DNA of 64,000 nucleotides from an uncultured Pseudomonadota bacterium (GTDB taxonomy: Bacteria; Pseudomonadota; Gammaproteobacteria; Competibacterales; Competibacteraceae), in NCBI GenBank assembly GCA_963708455.1, contig CAVPSQ010000003.1, positions 241,442 through 305,441 on the forward strand, read 5' to 3'. Shown piece by piece: positions 20,882 through 30,631 of the stretch (the stretch's first letter is position 1; each line of letters opens with the position of its first letter). The notes below the pieces were generated by a model that searched no databases, was not told where the DNA came from, and was given only the letters and a program-made list of their open reading frames with translations. Made by a program: the position numbers and the translations under genes.

Positions 20882-21790
20882 ATGAGTCACTTGAAACAGC
20901 GCCCATCCCCCTATCTGCTGCTGGTGCTGACGACCCTGTTCTGGTCGGGCAATTTCGTGCTCGGCCGGGCCGTGCGGACGGTTATGCCGCCGCTCGCTCT
21001 GTCCTTCTGGCGCTGGGCCGTGGCCCTGTTTATCCTGCTGCCGTTCGCCTGGGGTCGGTTGCGCCGGCAATGGCCGCTGCTGGCCCGTCATTGGCGAAGT
21101 CTTACCCTACTCAGTATCCTGGGCGTCGTCAACTTTAATACCTTGGTCTACACCGGTTTGCAGTCCACTACGGCCCTTAACGCCGTGATGATGGTGTCGA
21201 CCACGCCGGTTTTTATCGTAGCGTTATCGTTTCTGCTGCTACGCCAGCAAGTGACCCTGCGGCAAGCGCTGGGGATCGGCGTTTCTCTGCTGGGCATGGT
21301 CGCCATTGTGACCCGTGGCCAGCTCGGCGTCTTGCTGGAGCAGCGCCTGAATCACGGCGACCTGTGGGTGCTGGGCGCGGTGTTGAGTTGGGCCTTGTAT
21401 TCGGTCTGTCTTAAATGGCGGCCCGCCGAGCTGGATTCCTTAAGCTTTATGACCGCCACGGTCGGCATCGGCGTGGTTTTTCTGCTGCTCCTCTATGGCT
21501 GGGAGTTCAGCCGGGGGAGTCGGTTTCAGCCGAACGCCGCAACGCTCGGCAGCATCGCCTATGTCGCCGTATTTCCTTCGGTGCTCGCCTATATCTTCTG
21601 GAATCGGGCGGTGGCCGAACTGGGAGCCAATCGCGCCGGCCATTTCATGCATCTGATGCCGGCCTTCGGCGCCGTGCTGTCACTGCTGCTGCTGGACGAA
21701 CGGCTGTACCCTTTTCATGCCGCGGGAATCGCCTTGATCGCGGCGGGCCTTTATCTGGCTACGGTGCGCCACCGGCCCGGGCAGAACTAA
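20882..21790 (+). CDS. DMT-superfamily (EamA) transporter
   Basis: 302 aa, about 10 hydrophobic helices, with duplicated EamA-like halves (LFWSGNFVLGR...; SWALYSV...). Confidence 0.8.
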   Translation: MSHLKQRPSPYLLLVLTTLFWSGNFVLGRAVRTVMPPLALSFWRWAVALFILLPFAWGRLRRQWPLLARHWRSLTLLSILGVVNFNTLVYTGLQSTTALNAVMMVSTTPVFIVALSFLLLRQQVTLRQALGIGVSLLGMVAIVTRGQLGVLLEQRLNHGDLWVLGAVLSWALYSVCLKWRPAELDSLSFMTATVGIGVVFLLLLYGWEFSRGSRFQPNAATLGSIAYVAVFPSVLAYIFWNRAVAELGANRAGHFMHLMPAFGAVLSLLLLDERLYPFHAAGIALIAAGLYLATVRHRPGQN

Positions 21791-22635
21791 TCCGCCAGCA
21801 GCCAATCCCGCACCACGGTGATCTGCGCCGCGTCCAGGAGCATCGGCGCATGCCCTATGCCGGGAAATTCGAGCAGTTCGGCCCTGGGACCCCGCGCCTG
21901 CATTGCCCGGGCATCGGCGTGGTTCAGCACATCCGATTCCGCCCCCCGCAATACCAGTACAGGACAGCGGACCGCATCCCACACCGGCCATAAATCCACA
22001 TCGTCCAACTGGGCCTTAAAGGGTTCAGCAATGCCGGGGTCGTAGGCGAATTCGTAGCGTCCATCCTCCCGTTGGCGGGCGCTGTGTACGGTCAGGTGGC
22101 GCCATTGCTCGTCCGTCAGCGGACCGAAAGTCGTGGCGATCAGCCGCATATAGCGTTCCATCGCGTCCAGAGCGGCGAAATCCACCGGCCTGCCGATATA
22201 GGCAGCGATACGCTGCAAACCAGCCTTGGGAACGAACGGCCCCACGTCATTCATCAGCAGCTTGCGGATGGGCGTGCCCGGTTGCGCGGCCAGCAACATG
22301 CCGATGAGTCCTCCCATCGACGTCCCCACCCAATCCACCTGCGCGGCACCGCTGCGCGCGATCAGCGTCGTCATGTCGGCCAGATACTGGGGATAACTGT
22401 AGTCGCTCTTATGGACCAGCCACTGGCTCCGACCCCGTCCCACCACATCGGGACACAGAATCCGATACTCCTGTTGCAGCGCCGCCGCCAGATAGTCGAA
22501 ATCCCGCCCGCTGCGGGTCAGTCCGTGCACGCAGATCAATACCTTGTCATTGGCAGGATCGCCCCATTCGGTGTAATGCAGGCGGTGAAAGCCGTGGGGT
22601 CCGAGTCCCAGCAGATAATTCGATCTCAGGGTCAT
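21787..22635 (-). CDS. Alpha/beta hydrolase
   Basis: Start at MTLRSNYLLG within ORF 21787..22692. Nucleophile elbow GTSMGG, HG oxyanion VHGLT, C-terminal GHAPM. Confidence 0.8.
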   Translation of the reverse strand: MTLRSNYLLGLGPHGFHRLHYTEWGDPANDKVLICVHGLTRSGRDFDYLAAALQQEYRILCPDVVGRGRSQWLVHKSDYSYPQYLADMTTLIARSGAAQVDWVGTSMGGLIGMLLAAQPGTPIRKLLMNDVGPFVPKAGLQRIAAYIGRPVDFAALDAMERYMRLIATTFGPLTDEQWRHLTVHSARQREDGRYEFAYDPGIAEPFKAQLDDVDLWPVWDAVRCPVLVLRGAESDVLNHADARAMQARGPRAELLEFPGIGHAPMLLDAAQITVVRDWLLAD

Positions 22636-22743
22636 AAGCGGTCTCGTGCGGCTGGCGATGGAAAGCGGCGGCGGATCACGTGCCGGACCCACGCACGGCA
22701 GCGACTATAATGGCGGGCATTCAAGCTGACAAGGGCGGTTGCT

Positions 22744-23529
22744 ATGAGCATTCTGCATTACACCGAAACCGGCCAGGGCGAAGCCCTGATTCTGCTGCAC
22801 AGCGGCGGGATGAGCGGCCAGGAATGGCAACCGCAGCTCGTGGCGCTGTCCAGGCATTTCCGAGTCATCATCCCGGATCAGCTGGGGCACGGTGAAACCC
22901 CAATGATCGCGGAGAAGTTGACCATCGGTGACATCGCCCGCGAAGTGGTCGAACTGCTGGATACGCTGAATATCCAGCAGGCTCACCTGGTCGGTTCGTC
23001 AATGGGCGGAGCGGTGGCGTTGTGGATGACGGTGCATTATCCACAGCGGGTCAACAAGCTCGTGCTGTTCCGAGTCGGCTACCGCAAGAACGCCGACACC
23101 TACACGGTCAGCCGGGGCATGGCCGACCCGGACTACTGGCGCAAGGTCGGCCTGCATGGCTGGTTAAGCGACATCCATCATCCCCAGGGCGGGCCGGAGG
23201 CGTGGAAAACGGTGATTCAACGGGTGACGGATGCGATGAATCCGGCGACCTCGGACCATGCCCACGACCTGGAGATACTGAGTCGTATCGCTCAGCCGAC
23301 GCTGCTTATCGTCGGTGACCGCGACCCGGTCGTGCCGTTGGAACAGGCGCTGGAAATGTTCACCCATATCCCAGATTCCAGCCTGTGGGTGTTGCCTTAT
23401 GCGTCGCACGTCACGGCCACCAACACCTGGCGTGCCGAGTGTTTCGCCCTGGAAATCACCCGTTTTCTGCAACGGCGCCGACCAGACGCCGTCTCGAAAA
23501 AGATTAAACCCACTTCGCCGTCAGGCTGA
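22744..23529 (+). CDS. Alpha/beta hydrolase
   Basis: LLHSGGMSG, nucleophile elbow GSSMGG, C-terminal ASH. Confidence 0.8.
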   Translation: MSILHYTETGQGEALILLHSGGMSGQEWQPQLVALSRHFRVIIPDQLGHGETPMIAEKLTIGDIAREVVELLDTLNIQQAHLVGSSMGGAVALWMTVHYPQRVNKLVLFRVGYRKNADTYTVSRGMADPDYWRKVGLHGWLSDIHHPQGGPEAWKTVIQRVTDAMNPATSDHAHDLEILSRIAQPTLLIVGDRDPVVPLEQALEMFTHIPDSSLWVLPYASHVTATNTWRAECFALEITRFLQRRRPDAVSKKIKPTSPSG

Positions 23530-23540
23530 TCCAGCATAAA

Positions 23541-23569
23541 GCCAAAAAAAACCCCGCCAAATGGCGGGG
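23541..23569 (-). terminator. Rho-independent terminator of the minus-strand oxidoreductase operon
   Basis: On the minus strand: CCCCGCC-attt-GGCGGGG followed by T8. Confidence 0.7.
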
Positions 23570-23603
23570 CCAGGGATTGCAGCGAGTGCTGAGAGCAGCG
23601 TTA

Positions 23604-25235
23604 TCAGATATCTTCCGGAATCATCTTAATGGCACCGCAGGGGCATTCGCTCTCGCACAGGCCGCAACCCTTGCAGTAATCGTACTTGAACTCGAAGCCC
23701 AGGCTCGGACCCAGCTTGTTGATGGCGTTGTCCGGGCAGACGCCGTAACAGTTATCGCATTCGAAACAGTTGCCGCAGGACATGCAGCGGCGCGCCTCGT
23801 AAGCGGCGGTCTCATCGTCCAGATTGCCGACGATTTCGGCAAAGCCGGTGGCGCGCCGCACCACGTCCAGGCGCGGCCGGTGTGAACGTGGCGCATCCGA
23901 GTAGTACCACGGCTCCAGCAACTCGAACCGGGCGAGTTCGTCCTTGGCCGGCGGGTTGTAAGTCGCGCCCTGCAGATAGGCGTCGATGCAGCGGGCCGCC
24001 TTCTTGCCATGACCAATCGAAGTAGTGACGGTGCGGATGGAAGGCGCCATATCGCCGCCGGCGAACACGCCTTCGGTGCCCGTGTTCATAGTGTCATCCA
24101 CCTGCACCACGCCGTCCTTGAGCTCTACGCCGGGGAGCATCTTGAGCAAATCCTGCTCCACGCTCTGACCGACGGCATGCACCACGACATCGGCTTCCAG
24201 CGTCTCGAACTCACCCGTGGCGCGCGGCCAGCGCTCGTTGGTGGGCGCCATCTTCTCCAGCTTAAGGGTATGGCCGTCCAACCGGCGGATGGCGCGCAGA
24301 TTGAGGATTTCGGCGCCTTCCTCCACTGCCTCGCGGACTTCAAACTTGTGGGCCGGCATGTGTTCGTGCGCTTCGACCACGACCACGGTCGCCTTGCGGA
24401 CGCCATAGCGGATCGCCGTGCGGGCCACGTCCATCGCCGTGTTGCCGCCGCCATAAACCACCACCCGGCCATGCAGCTTGGTGGGATTGTCGAGTTCGGC
24501 GTCCCGCAGCACCTGCAAGGCGTCCAGCAACGGCACGCTGCCGGCGCTCACCTCGAAGTCCGCAAAGCGTGGCAGTTGCGCACCGACGGCCAGGAACACC
24601 GCATCGAAATGGCCCGCCTTTTGGGTGGCCAGCACGTCGCTGACCCGGGTGTTGCATTTGATTTCGACCCCCATGGCCTGAATGCGGGCGATTTCAGCGG
24701 TCAGCTTCTCGCGCGGCATGCGGTATTTGGGAATCCCGTAGCGGATCATGCCACCCGCCTTGGGGGCGGCTTCGTACACGCTGACCTCATGGCCCAGGCG
24801 ACGCAGATGGTAGGCGCAGGCCAGACCGCCGGGACCGGCGCCGACGATCAGCACGCGTTTGCCGGTGAAAGCCCCAGGCTCCATCTTCCATTCGTGTATC
24901 AAGGCCTGATCGCCCAGAAAGCGCTCCACGGAATTGATGCCGACCGATTCGTCCAGATACTGCCGGTTACAGGAGGACTCGCACGGATGGTAGCAGGCCC
25001 GCCCCATGACCGCCGGGAAGGGGTTGTCGTCCATGATCTGCCGCCAGGCGGCCTCGTATTTGCCTTCCTCGGCCAGCGCCAGCCACGCCTGAATATTCTC
25101 GCCGGCCGGACAGGCGTTGTTGCAGGGAGGCAGTCGACGGACATAGACAGGCCGTTCGTTGCGCCAGGAGCCGGTGTGGTTGATCAGACTGGTAGCGGGA
25201 TCCAGGGTAACGGCAAAAGGTTTCTGTTGCTGCAT
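23604..25235 (-). CDS. GltD-like FAD/NAD(P)-binding oxidoreductase fused to a 2x[4Fe-4S] ferredoxin (PorD-like) domain
   Basis: 543 aa. N-terminal Cys cluster LPPCNNACPAGENI...CYHPCESSCNR; dinucleotide fold VLIVGAGPGGLACA and VVVYGGGNTAMD; C-terminal CMSCGNCFECDNCYGVCP and CKGCGLCESECPCGAI. Confidence 0.8.
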   Translation of the reverse strand: MQQQKPFAVTLDPATSLINHTGSWRNERPVYVRRLPPCNNACPAGENIQAWLALAEEGKYEAAWRQIMDDNPFPAVMGRACYHPCESSCNRQYLDESVGINSVERFLGDQALIHEWKMEPGAFTGKRVLIVGAGPGGLACAYHLRRLGHEVSVYEAAPKAGGMIRYGIPKYRMPREKLTAEIARIQAMGVEIKCNTRVSDVLATQKAGHFDAVFLAVGAQLPRFADFEVSAGSVPLLDALQVLRDAELDNPTKLHGRVVVYGGGNTAMDVARTAIRYGVRKATVVVVEAHEHMPAHKFEVREAVEEGAEILNLRAIRRLDGHTLKLEKMAPTNERWPRATGEFETLEADVVVHAVGQSVEQDLLKMLPGVELKDGVVQVDDTMNTGTEGVFAGGDMAPSIRTVTTSIGHGKKAARCIDAYLQGATYNPPAKDELARFELLEPWYYSDAPRSHRPRLDVVRRATGFAEIVGNLDDETAAYEARRCMSCGNCFECDNCYGVCPDNAINKLGPSLGFEFKYDYCKGCGLCESECPCGAIKMIPEDI

Positions 25236-25250
25236 GGTGCGACTATCCCC

Positions 25251-26249
25251 TTAGATGAGGCCGTATTTGCGGATGTTGCGGTCGGCGAGTGCCTGGATTT
25301 GTTCCAGTTGCCACTCGTTGCCCGGCCGCAGCACATGGGCGAAACGGCGCTGCAATTTGAGGTAATCCTCTACCGGCTGTTTGCGGCGAATCTTGGTGAC
25401 CCCGGTGATATTGCCGTATTCCGCCTCGAACAACGGATAGATACCCGTTTCCACCGCCAGCCGGGCGATCTTGATCGTATCCGCCGAGCGCGAGCCCCAG
25501 CCCAGCGGGCAGGTGACGAACACTTCGATATAGCGGGCGCCGCGGTAGCCCATGGCTTTGGTGACCTTGTATTCCAGATCGCGCAGATCGTGGATGGAGG
25601 CCGTGGCGGTGTAGGGAATGTTGTGTGCCATGGCGATGGCCGGCACCGATTTGCCTATTCCGAACGGATTGCCGGGCTCCTTGCCGACCGGCATGGTGGT
25701 GGCGGTACGGGCTGCCCCCGGTGTCTGGCTGGAGCGCTGCACGCCGGTGTTCATATAGGCCTGGTTGTTGTAACAGATGTACAGTACGTCGTCGTTGCGT
25801 TCGAACATACCGGACAGGCAACCGAAGCCGATATTGGTGGTGCCGCCGTCACCGCCTTGCGCGATGACCCGGACATCGTTGCGTCCCTTGGCTTTGAAAG
25901 CGGCGGTGATGCCGGAGGCCACCGCGGGGGCGTTGCCGAACAACGAGTGTATCCAGGGCAACTGCCAGGCAGTTTCCGGGTAGGGCGTGGTGAACACTTC
26001 CAGGCAACCGGTGGCGTTGGCGGCGACCAGTTGCTTATCAGTGGCCCGCATGGCCGCATCGAGCGCGTAGCGGGCGCCCAGCGCTTCACCGCAACCTTGG
26101 CAGGCGCGGTGGCCGGAGGTAATGGCGTTGGTCCGTTCCTGCGTGGCCTGCACGGAGCGCTGCGCCTCGTCCAGCAGCCGGTTGCCGACCGTAAACGTGC
26201 CGGTTTGATAAAACTTGACCCGTTGAATGCTTTCGCGAATTTCAGGCAT
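25251..26249 (-). CDS. 2-oxoacid:ferredoxin oxidoreductase, beta (TPP-binding) subunit
   Basis: 332 aa. Contains GHRACQGCGE and GDGGTTNIGF (the TPP GDG motif). It sits in an operon with the alpha and gamma subunits. Confidence 0.85.
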   Translation of the reverse strand: MPEIRESIQRVKFYQTGTFTVGNRLLDEAQRSVQATQERTNAITSGHRACQGCGEALGARYALDAAMRATDKQLVAANATGCLEVFTTPYPETAWQLPWIHSLFGNAPAVASGITAAFKAKGRNDVRVIAQGGDGGTTNIGFGCLSGMFERNDDVLYICYNNQAYMNTGVQRSSQTPGAARTATTMPVGKEPGNPFGIGKSVPAIAMAHNIPYTATASIHDLRDLEYKVTKAMGYRGARYIEVFVTCPLGWGSRSADTIKIARLAVETGIYPLFEAEYGNITGVTKIRRKQPVEDYLKLQRRFAHVLRPGNEWQLEQIQALADRNIRKYGLI

Positions 26250-26261
26250 GTCGCACTGCTC

Positions 26262-27518
26262 CTAAGCGGTTTTGGCGGCGCGCACGGCGCCGATGTCACG
26301 CAGAATATTTTCGGCAGCGGGTCCGGAACCGCTGCGTGCCCGTTCCCGCTCCACCTGGCGTTTGACCAGGTCGATGTTGAGGTCGAGGAAATGAGTCTCT
26401 TCCAGTTGATCCTTGACCCCCTGTTCGAACAACCGGCGCAGCGATGGCCGGATGATGGGCCGACCGCCCAGACCGCCGATGACGGAATAGACCGGAATGG
26501 GCAGGCCGCGCAGTGCCCAGCGCACGTTGCTGGACAGGATGCCGCCCAGCCCCACGGCCAGCGACTTCTCGAACACGATCACCCGTTTGGCGTCTTGTAG
26601 CAGTTCGCGCAACTGGTCCTTGGGGAAGGGCCGGAAGGAGCGGATGGTGGCGGCGCCGATGGAGGTTCCCTCAGCCTGCATGCCGGCCAGCACTTCCTTC
26701 ATGGTGCCGATCACCGAACCCATGGTCACTACCACGGTAGCGGCGTCTTCAGCGCCATAGGATTGCAGCAGGCCGCCGGAATTACGCCCGGTCATGGCGT
26801 TGTACTCGGCCGCCAGCTTGGGAATCAGCTCCAGCGCCTCCATCTGCTTGTAGTGTGCCAGATAGCGCACCTCGGTGAAGGCTTCCGGACCGACCATCGC
26901 CCCCATCGATACCGGATCGGCCGGGTCGAGCACCTGGCGCGCCTGGAAAGGCGGCAGAAATTGATCCACTTCTTCCTGGCCGGGCATGTCAATGCGGGTG
27001 TAGGAATGGGTCAGGATAAAGCCGTCCATGCAGACCATCACCGGCAGGCTGAGGATTTCGGCCAGCTTGAACGCCTGGATGTGCACGTCCACGGCTTCCT
27101 GGTTGCTCTCGACGAACAGTTGAATCCAGCCGGCGTCGCGCGCCGACATGGCGTCGCTATGGTCGTTCCAGATATTGATCGGCGCGCCGATGGCGCGGTT
27201 GCCCAGGGTCATTACGATGGGCAGGCCCATGCCGGACGCGTTGTAGACGGCTTCCATCATGAACAGCAGCCCTTGACTGGCGGTCGCCGTGTAGGTGCGC
27301 GCGCCGGCCGCCGACGAGCCGATGCAGACGCTCATCGCGGCGAACTCCGATTCCACATTAAGGAACTCGCAGTTCTGCAGCTCGCCGCCTTTAACCAGTT
27401 CGCCCAGGTGCTCCACGATATGGGTCTGCGGGGTAATGGGGTAGCAGGCGATCACTTCCGGCCGGCACAGGGCGATTGCTTCCGCCACCGCGAAGGAGCC
27501 ATCGATTTGTCTCAACAT
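26262..27518 (-). CDS. 2-oxoacid:ferredoxin oxidoreductase, alpha subunit
   Basis: 418 aa. N-terminus ...GSFAVAEAIALCRPEVIACYPITPQTHIVE is typical of PorA/KorA. Confidence 0.85.
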   Translation of the reverse strand: MLRQIDGSFAVAEAIALCRPEVIACYPITPQTHIVEHLGELVKGGELQNCEFLNVESEFAAMSVCIGSSAAGARTYTATASQGLLFMMEAVYNASGMGLPIVMTLGNRAIGAPINIWNDHSDAMSARDAGWIQLFVESNQEAVDVHIQAFKLAEILSLPVMVCMDGFILTHSYTRIDMPGQEEVDQFLPPFQARQVLDPADPVSMGAMVGPEAFTEVRYLAHYKQMEALELIPKLAAEYNAMTGRNSGGLLQSYGAEDAATVVVTMGSVIGTMKEVLAGMQAEGTSIGAATIRSFRPFPKDQLRELLQDAKRVIVFEKSLAVGLGGILSSNVRWALRGLPIPVYSVIGGLGGRPIIRPSLRRLFEQGVKDQLEETHFLDLNIDLVKRQVERERARSGSGPAAENILRDIGAVRAAKTA

Positions 27519-27536
27519 TGAATTTACCTCCGCGAG

Positions 27537-28115
27537 TTAGTGCGCTTTGGCCAGAGACGCCTTGGCTGCTTCATACGCCGCGCTGGCCGCCGCCACATTC
27601 ATCTGGCCGACTTTGCCGGGAAAAATCTGCATGATGGCTTTCTCGACCCCCGCCATGTCGAACAGGTCGCCACGCATAGCGGTGAAGGCGCCGAGCAGGA
27701 CCGTGTTGGGGGTGGGCCGTTTGAGATGCTTCATGGCCAGTTCGGTAGCCGGCACGTTGACTACATGGCCCAGCGGCAGATGCTTGACGGCGTCTTCTAT
27801 GCCCAGTTCCTCGGCACTCTTGGAACTGTTGATGAGCACGTAGCCATCCGGCTTCAGGCCGGAGAACACGTCGATGGCATGGAACAGAGTGGGGTCCTGA
27901 ATAATCAGCACATCCGGGTCCAGCACCGGCTCACTCAATTCGATTTCCCGGTTGTCGATGCGCACGAACGCCATGACGGGGGCACCGTTGCGCTCCGAGC
28001 CGAAGCTGGGAAACGACATGGAATAGCGGTCATTGAAAAAGGCCGCCACCGCCATCATTTCCGAGGCGGAAACCACCCCCTGGCCGCCACGGCCGTGGAT
28101 GCGTATTTGAATCAT
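27537..28115 (-). CDS. 2-oxoacid:ferredoxin oxidoreductase, gamma subunit
   Basis: 192 aa. The N-terminus MIQIRIHGRGGQGVVSASE is canonical for the gamma subunit. Confidence 0.85.
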   Translation of the reverse strand: MIQIRIHGRGGQGVVSASEMMAVAAFFNDRYSMSFPSFGSERNGAPVMAFVRIDNREIELSEPVLDPDVLIIQDPTLFHAIDVFSGLKPDGYVLINSSKSAEELGIEDAVKHLPLGHVVNVPATELAMKHLKRPTPNTVLLGAFTAMRGDLFDMAGVEKAIMQIFPGKVGQMNVAAASAAYEAAKASLAKAH

Positions 28116-28237
28116 TGCTTTCCTCCTTCAGTGCCTGTAGCACAAACAGGCGGGTTGGACTAGACGCGAAGTATAGATAGGCATGAAAAATGCCGATTTG
28201 ATTTATCTCAACATATTCATTCAGGCTGTCGGTCTTA

Positions 28238-28270
28238 GGTCCGATTCCCCATCGACGGAGGAATCGGACC
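28238..28270 (-). terminator. 11-bp intergenic hairpin just downstream of lctP (no U-tract)
   Basis: GGTCCGATTCC (28238-28248) pairs with GGAATCGGACC (28260-28270). It could be an attenuator or an mRNA-stabilising element rather than a true terminator. Confidence 0.3.
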
Positions 28271-28279
28271 GGTGGGAGA

Positions 28280-29953
28280 TCAGTGCGCCGGAATCATCCA
28301 GGACAGGTAGTACGCCTGAATATAGGTAATGATACCGATCAGAGTGGCGAAGAACAGGCTGTGCTTTACGGTGAAGCGGAACAGGTCGGATTCCTTGCCT
28401 ACCAGGCCCACAGCAGCGCAAGCCACGGCAATCGATTGCGGCGAAATCATCTTGCCGGTCACGCCGCCGGTGGTATTGGCCGCGATAGTCAGGATGGGAT
28501 CCACGCCGATCTGCTGAGCGGTTACCTTTTGCAGGTTGGAGAACAGGGCATTACTGGAGGTATCGGAGCCGGTCAGGAATACCCCGAGCCAGCCCAGAAA
28601 CGGCGAGAAGAAGGGGAACAGGGCGCCGGTGGCGGCAAAGGCCAGACCCAGGGTGGAAGACATGCCGGAGTAATTGGCGATGAAGGCGAAGCCCAGCACC
28701 AGGCCGATGGTGAGGATGGGCAGGCTCAGTTCCACCAGGGTTTCCCCCAAGGTCTTGAAGAAAGTCCCGATACTCACCCGCAGGATAAAGGCGCTGATGA
28801 CCGCGGCCAGCAGGATGGAGGTGCCGGTCGCCGAGAGAATGTCGAATTTATAGACGGCTGGGTACGGTGTAGGGGCGGTGACGATAGGCACGTCCCGGAT
28901 CACCAGCTTATCCAAATAAGGGATGGACAGCGAAATCACCCAGGCATGCAGTGGTCCGTCTTTGGCGAACAGGGCTTTGAATTCCGGCAGGGTCCAGAGA
29001 GTGACCATGATGGTCAAAATGATGAACGGCGACCAGGCTTTAAGAATCTGCCCGGGGCTGTAGCTCTTGTCGGCACTACTCGACACCTTGGCAGTTGCCT
29101 GTGCGCCCGCGCTCTGGAAAGAGAAAGCGTGCTTGGGTTGCCAGACATATTTCAGAAAGACGGCCAGGGCAATCAGACTGACCAGGGCGGAGGTGATGTC
29201 GGGCAATTCATAAGCCCAGTGATTGGCGGTGTAGTACTGGGTTCCGGCAAACGCGGCGCCGGCCACCAGCACCGCCGGCCAGGTCTCCCGAATGCCGCGC
29301 CAGCCGTCCATGATGAACACCAGCCAGAAGGGCACGAACAGGGACAGCAGCGGCAGTTGCCGGCCCGCCATCTGGCCGATCAGAAACGGATCGATCTGGG
29401 TGGTGTCGCCGGCGACCTTGATCGGGATGCCCAAGGCGCCGAAGGCCACCGGTGCGGTATTGGCGATCAGGCACAGACCGGCGGCGTACAGCGGATTGAA
29501 GCCCAGCCCCACCAGCAGCGCCGCGGTGATGGCCACCGGCGCGCCGAATCCCGCTGCTCCTTCGAGAAAGGCGCCGAAGGAGAAACCGACCAGCACCACC
29601 AGTAAACGTTGGTCGGCGGTGATCGACAGCACTGAGGAACGGATGACCTCGAATTGACCGGTCTTGACCGTGAGCTTGTAGAGAAACACGGCGGCCACGA
29701 TGATCCAGGAAATCGGCCACAGGCCGTAGAGAAAGCCGTAACCGGTCGCCGCCAGCGCCATCGAGACGGGCATTTTGTACGCCAGTACGGCGACCAGGAC
29801 CGCCAGGACAACGGTGATAATGGCGGCAAGATACCCCTTCATCCGCAGCACGGCCAGCGCGACGAAGAAGAAGATGATGGGAATCAGGGCGGCCGCAGCG
29901 GATAGCCACAGGTTATCTGCCAGCGGTGAGTAGACCTGGGTCCAGGTTGGCAT
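28280..29953 (-). CDS. lctP: L-lactate permease (LctP family)
   Basis: 557 aa, polytopic. The N-terminus [30 protein letters not shown] and the overall length are typical of LctP/LldP. Confidence 0.85.
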   Translation of the reverse strand: MPTWTQVYSPLADNLWLSAAAALIPIIFFFVALAVLRMKGYLAAIITVVLAVLVAVLAYKMPVSMALAATGYGFLYGLWPISWIIVAAVFLYKLTVKTGQFEVIRSSVLSITADQRLLVVLVGFSFGAFLEGAAGFGAPVAITAALLVGLGFNPLYAAGLCLIANTAPVAFGALGIPIKVAGDTTQIDPFLIGQMAGRQLPLLSLFVPFWLVFIMDGWRGIRETWPAVLVAGAAFAGTQYYTANHWAYELPDITSALVSLIALAVFLKYVWQPKHAFSFQSAGAQATAKVSSSADKSYSPGQILKAWSPFIILTIMVTLWTLPEFKALFAKDGPLHAWVISLSIPYLDKLVIRDVPIVTAPTPYPAVYKFDILSATGTSILLAAVISAFILRVSIGTFFKTLGETLVELSLPILTIGLVLGFAFIANYSGMSSTLGLAFAATGALFPFFSPFLGWLGVFLTGSDTSSNALFSNLQKVTAQQIGVDPILTIAANTTGGVTGKMISPQSIAVACAAVGLVGKESDLFRFTVKHSLFFATLIGIITYIQAYYLSWMIPAH

Positions 29954-30098
29954 CAGCGGTGATCCTCCTCAGGAGTGATTGGTATAGTGGTTAAACCTGA
30001 ACCCGGTGCAGGCATGCTCCGGGTCGGGTTATCGAATGGGGTAAAGATAGCCCGGTTGCAGGCTGGCGCCATTTTAAGGTAAATCGGCGGAAAAACCG

Positions 30099-30282
30099 AC
30101 TGCTGCGACTGATCTACCAGGACGGCCTGTCGGTGACCGAGGCAGGGCGTTTGTTGGGGCTGAGAACCGATCAGATGCATGGCCGTTTGCGACGGTTGTT
30201 GCAGCGCATTCGTCAGGATATGGAAGACAGCGGCCTGGCGCAGGAACTGAAAGGGTTGTTACAGGAAGAGCACGATGTTTGA
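30099..30282 (+). pseudogene. 3' (sigma-4) fragment of an ECF-like sigma gene; older paralogue of 37272..38150
   Basis: Nucleotide homology to 37967-38150 starts abruptly at 30099. It encodes LLRLIYQDGLSVTEAGRLLGLRTDQMHGRLRRLLQRIRQDMEDSGLAQELKGLLQEEHDV and has no sigma-2 region upstream. Confidence 0.85.
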
Positions 30283-30292
30283 GCCGGATGTT

Positions 30293-30450
30293 CGGGAGCA
30301 CCGGCGTCCCCGCCGGCCTGCACCTGGGAGCGCCGGCGTCCCCGCCGGCCCGTACCTGGGAGCGCCGGCGTCCCCGCCGGCCCGTACCTGGGAGCGCCGG
30401 CGTCCCCGCCGGCCCGTACCTGGGAGCGCCGGCGTCCCCGCCGGCCCGTT
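30293..30450. repeat. Five head-to-tail 32-bp GC-rich repeats (copy A)
   Basis: Unit starts at 30293 (degenerate), 30325, 30357, 30389 and 30421. Consensus TGGGAGCGCCGGCGTCCCCGCCGGCCCGTACC. There are no spacers. Confidence 0.95.
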
Positions 30451-30631
30451 CGAGGGTATCCACTTAAGATGGGACACTTTGCAGGCCGACCGCAAAGTGC
30501 CGGCGAGGACGCCGGCGCTCCCAGGGTCGGATCGCCCCGCCTTAAGTGAGTAGCCTAATTCGACAAAGTAAACAGCATGATCCGTCTAAATAAACAGGCT
30601 ATCCCTTCACCAGCCGCTGAGTTCACAGGCG

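Noticed and set aside
30293-30450. The regular GC-rich 32-bp repeats (also at 38161-38318) could be taken for a CRISPR array.
   Set aside because: The units abut one another with no spacers. There are only five units, no cas genes are nearby, and the array sits inside a sigma/anti-sigma operon. It is a plain tandem repeat, not a CRISPR array.
30275-30553. Pro/Arg/Gly-rich ORFs on both strands across the arrays (30074..30463, 30259..30495, 30275..30553, 30279..30467 and their equivalents at 37948-38421).
   Set aside because: They exist only because a stop-poor 32-bp unit is repeated. The period is not a multiple of 3, so the peptide repeat changes frame from unit to unit. Several mutually overlapping frames are open at once.
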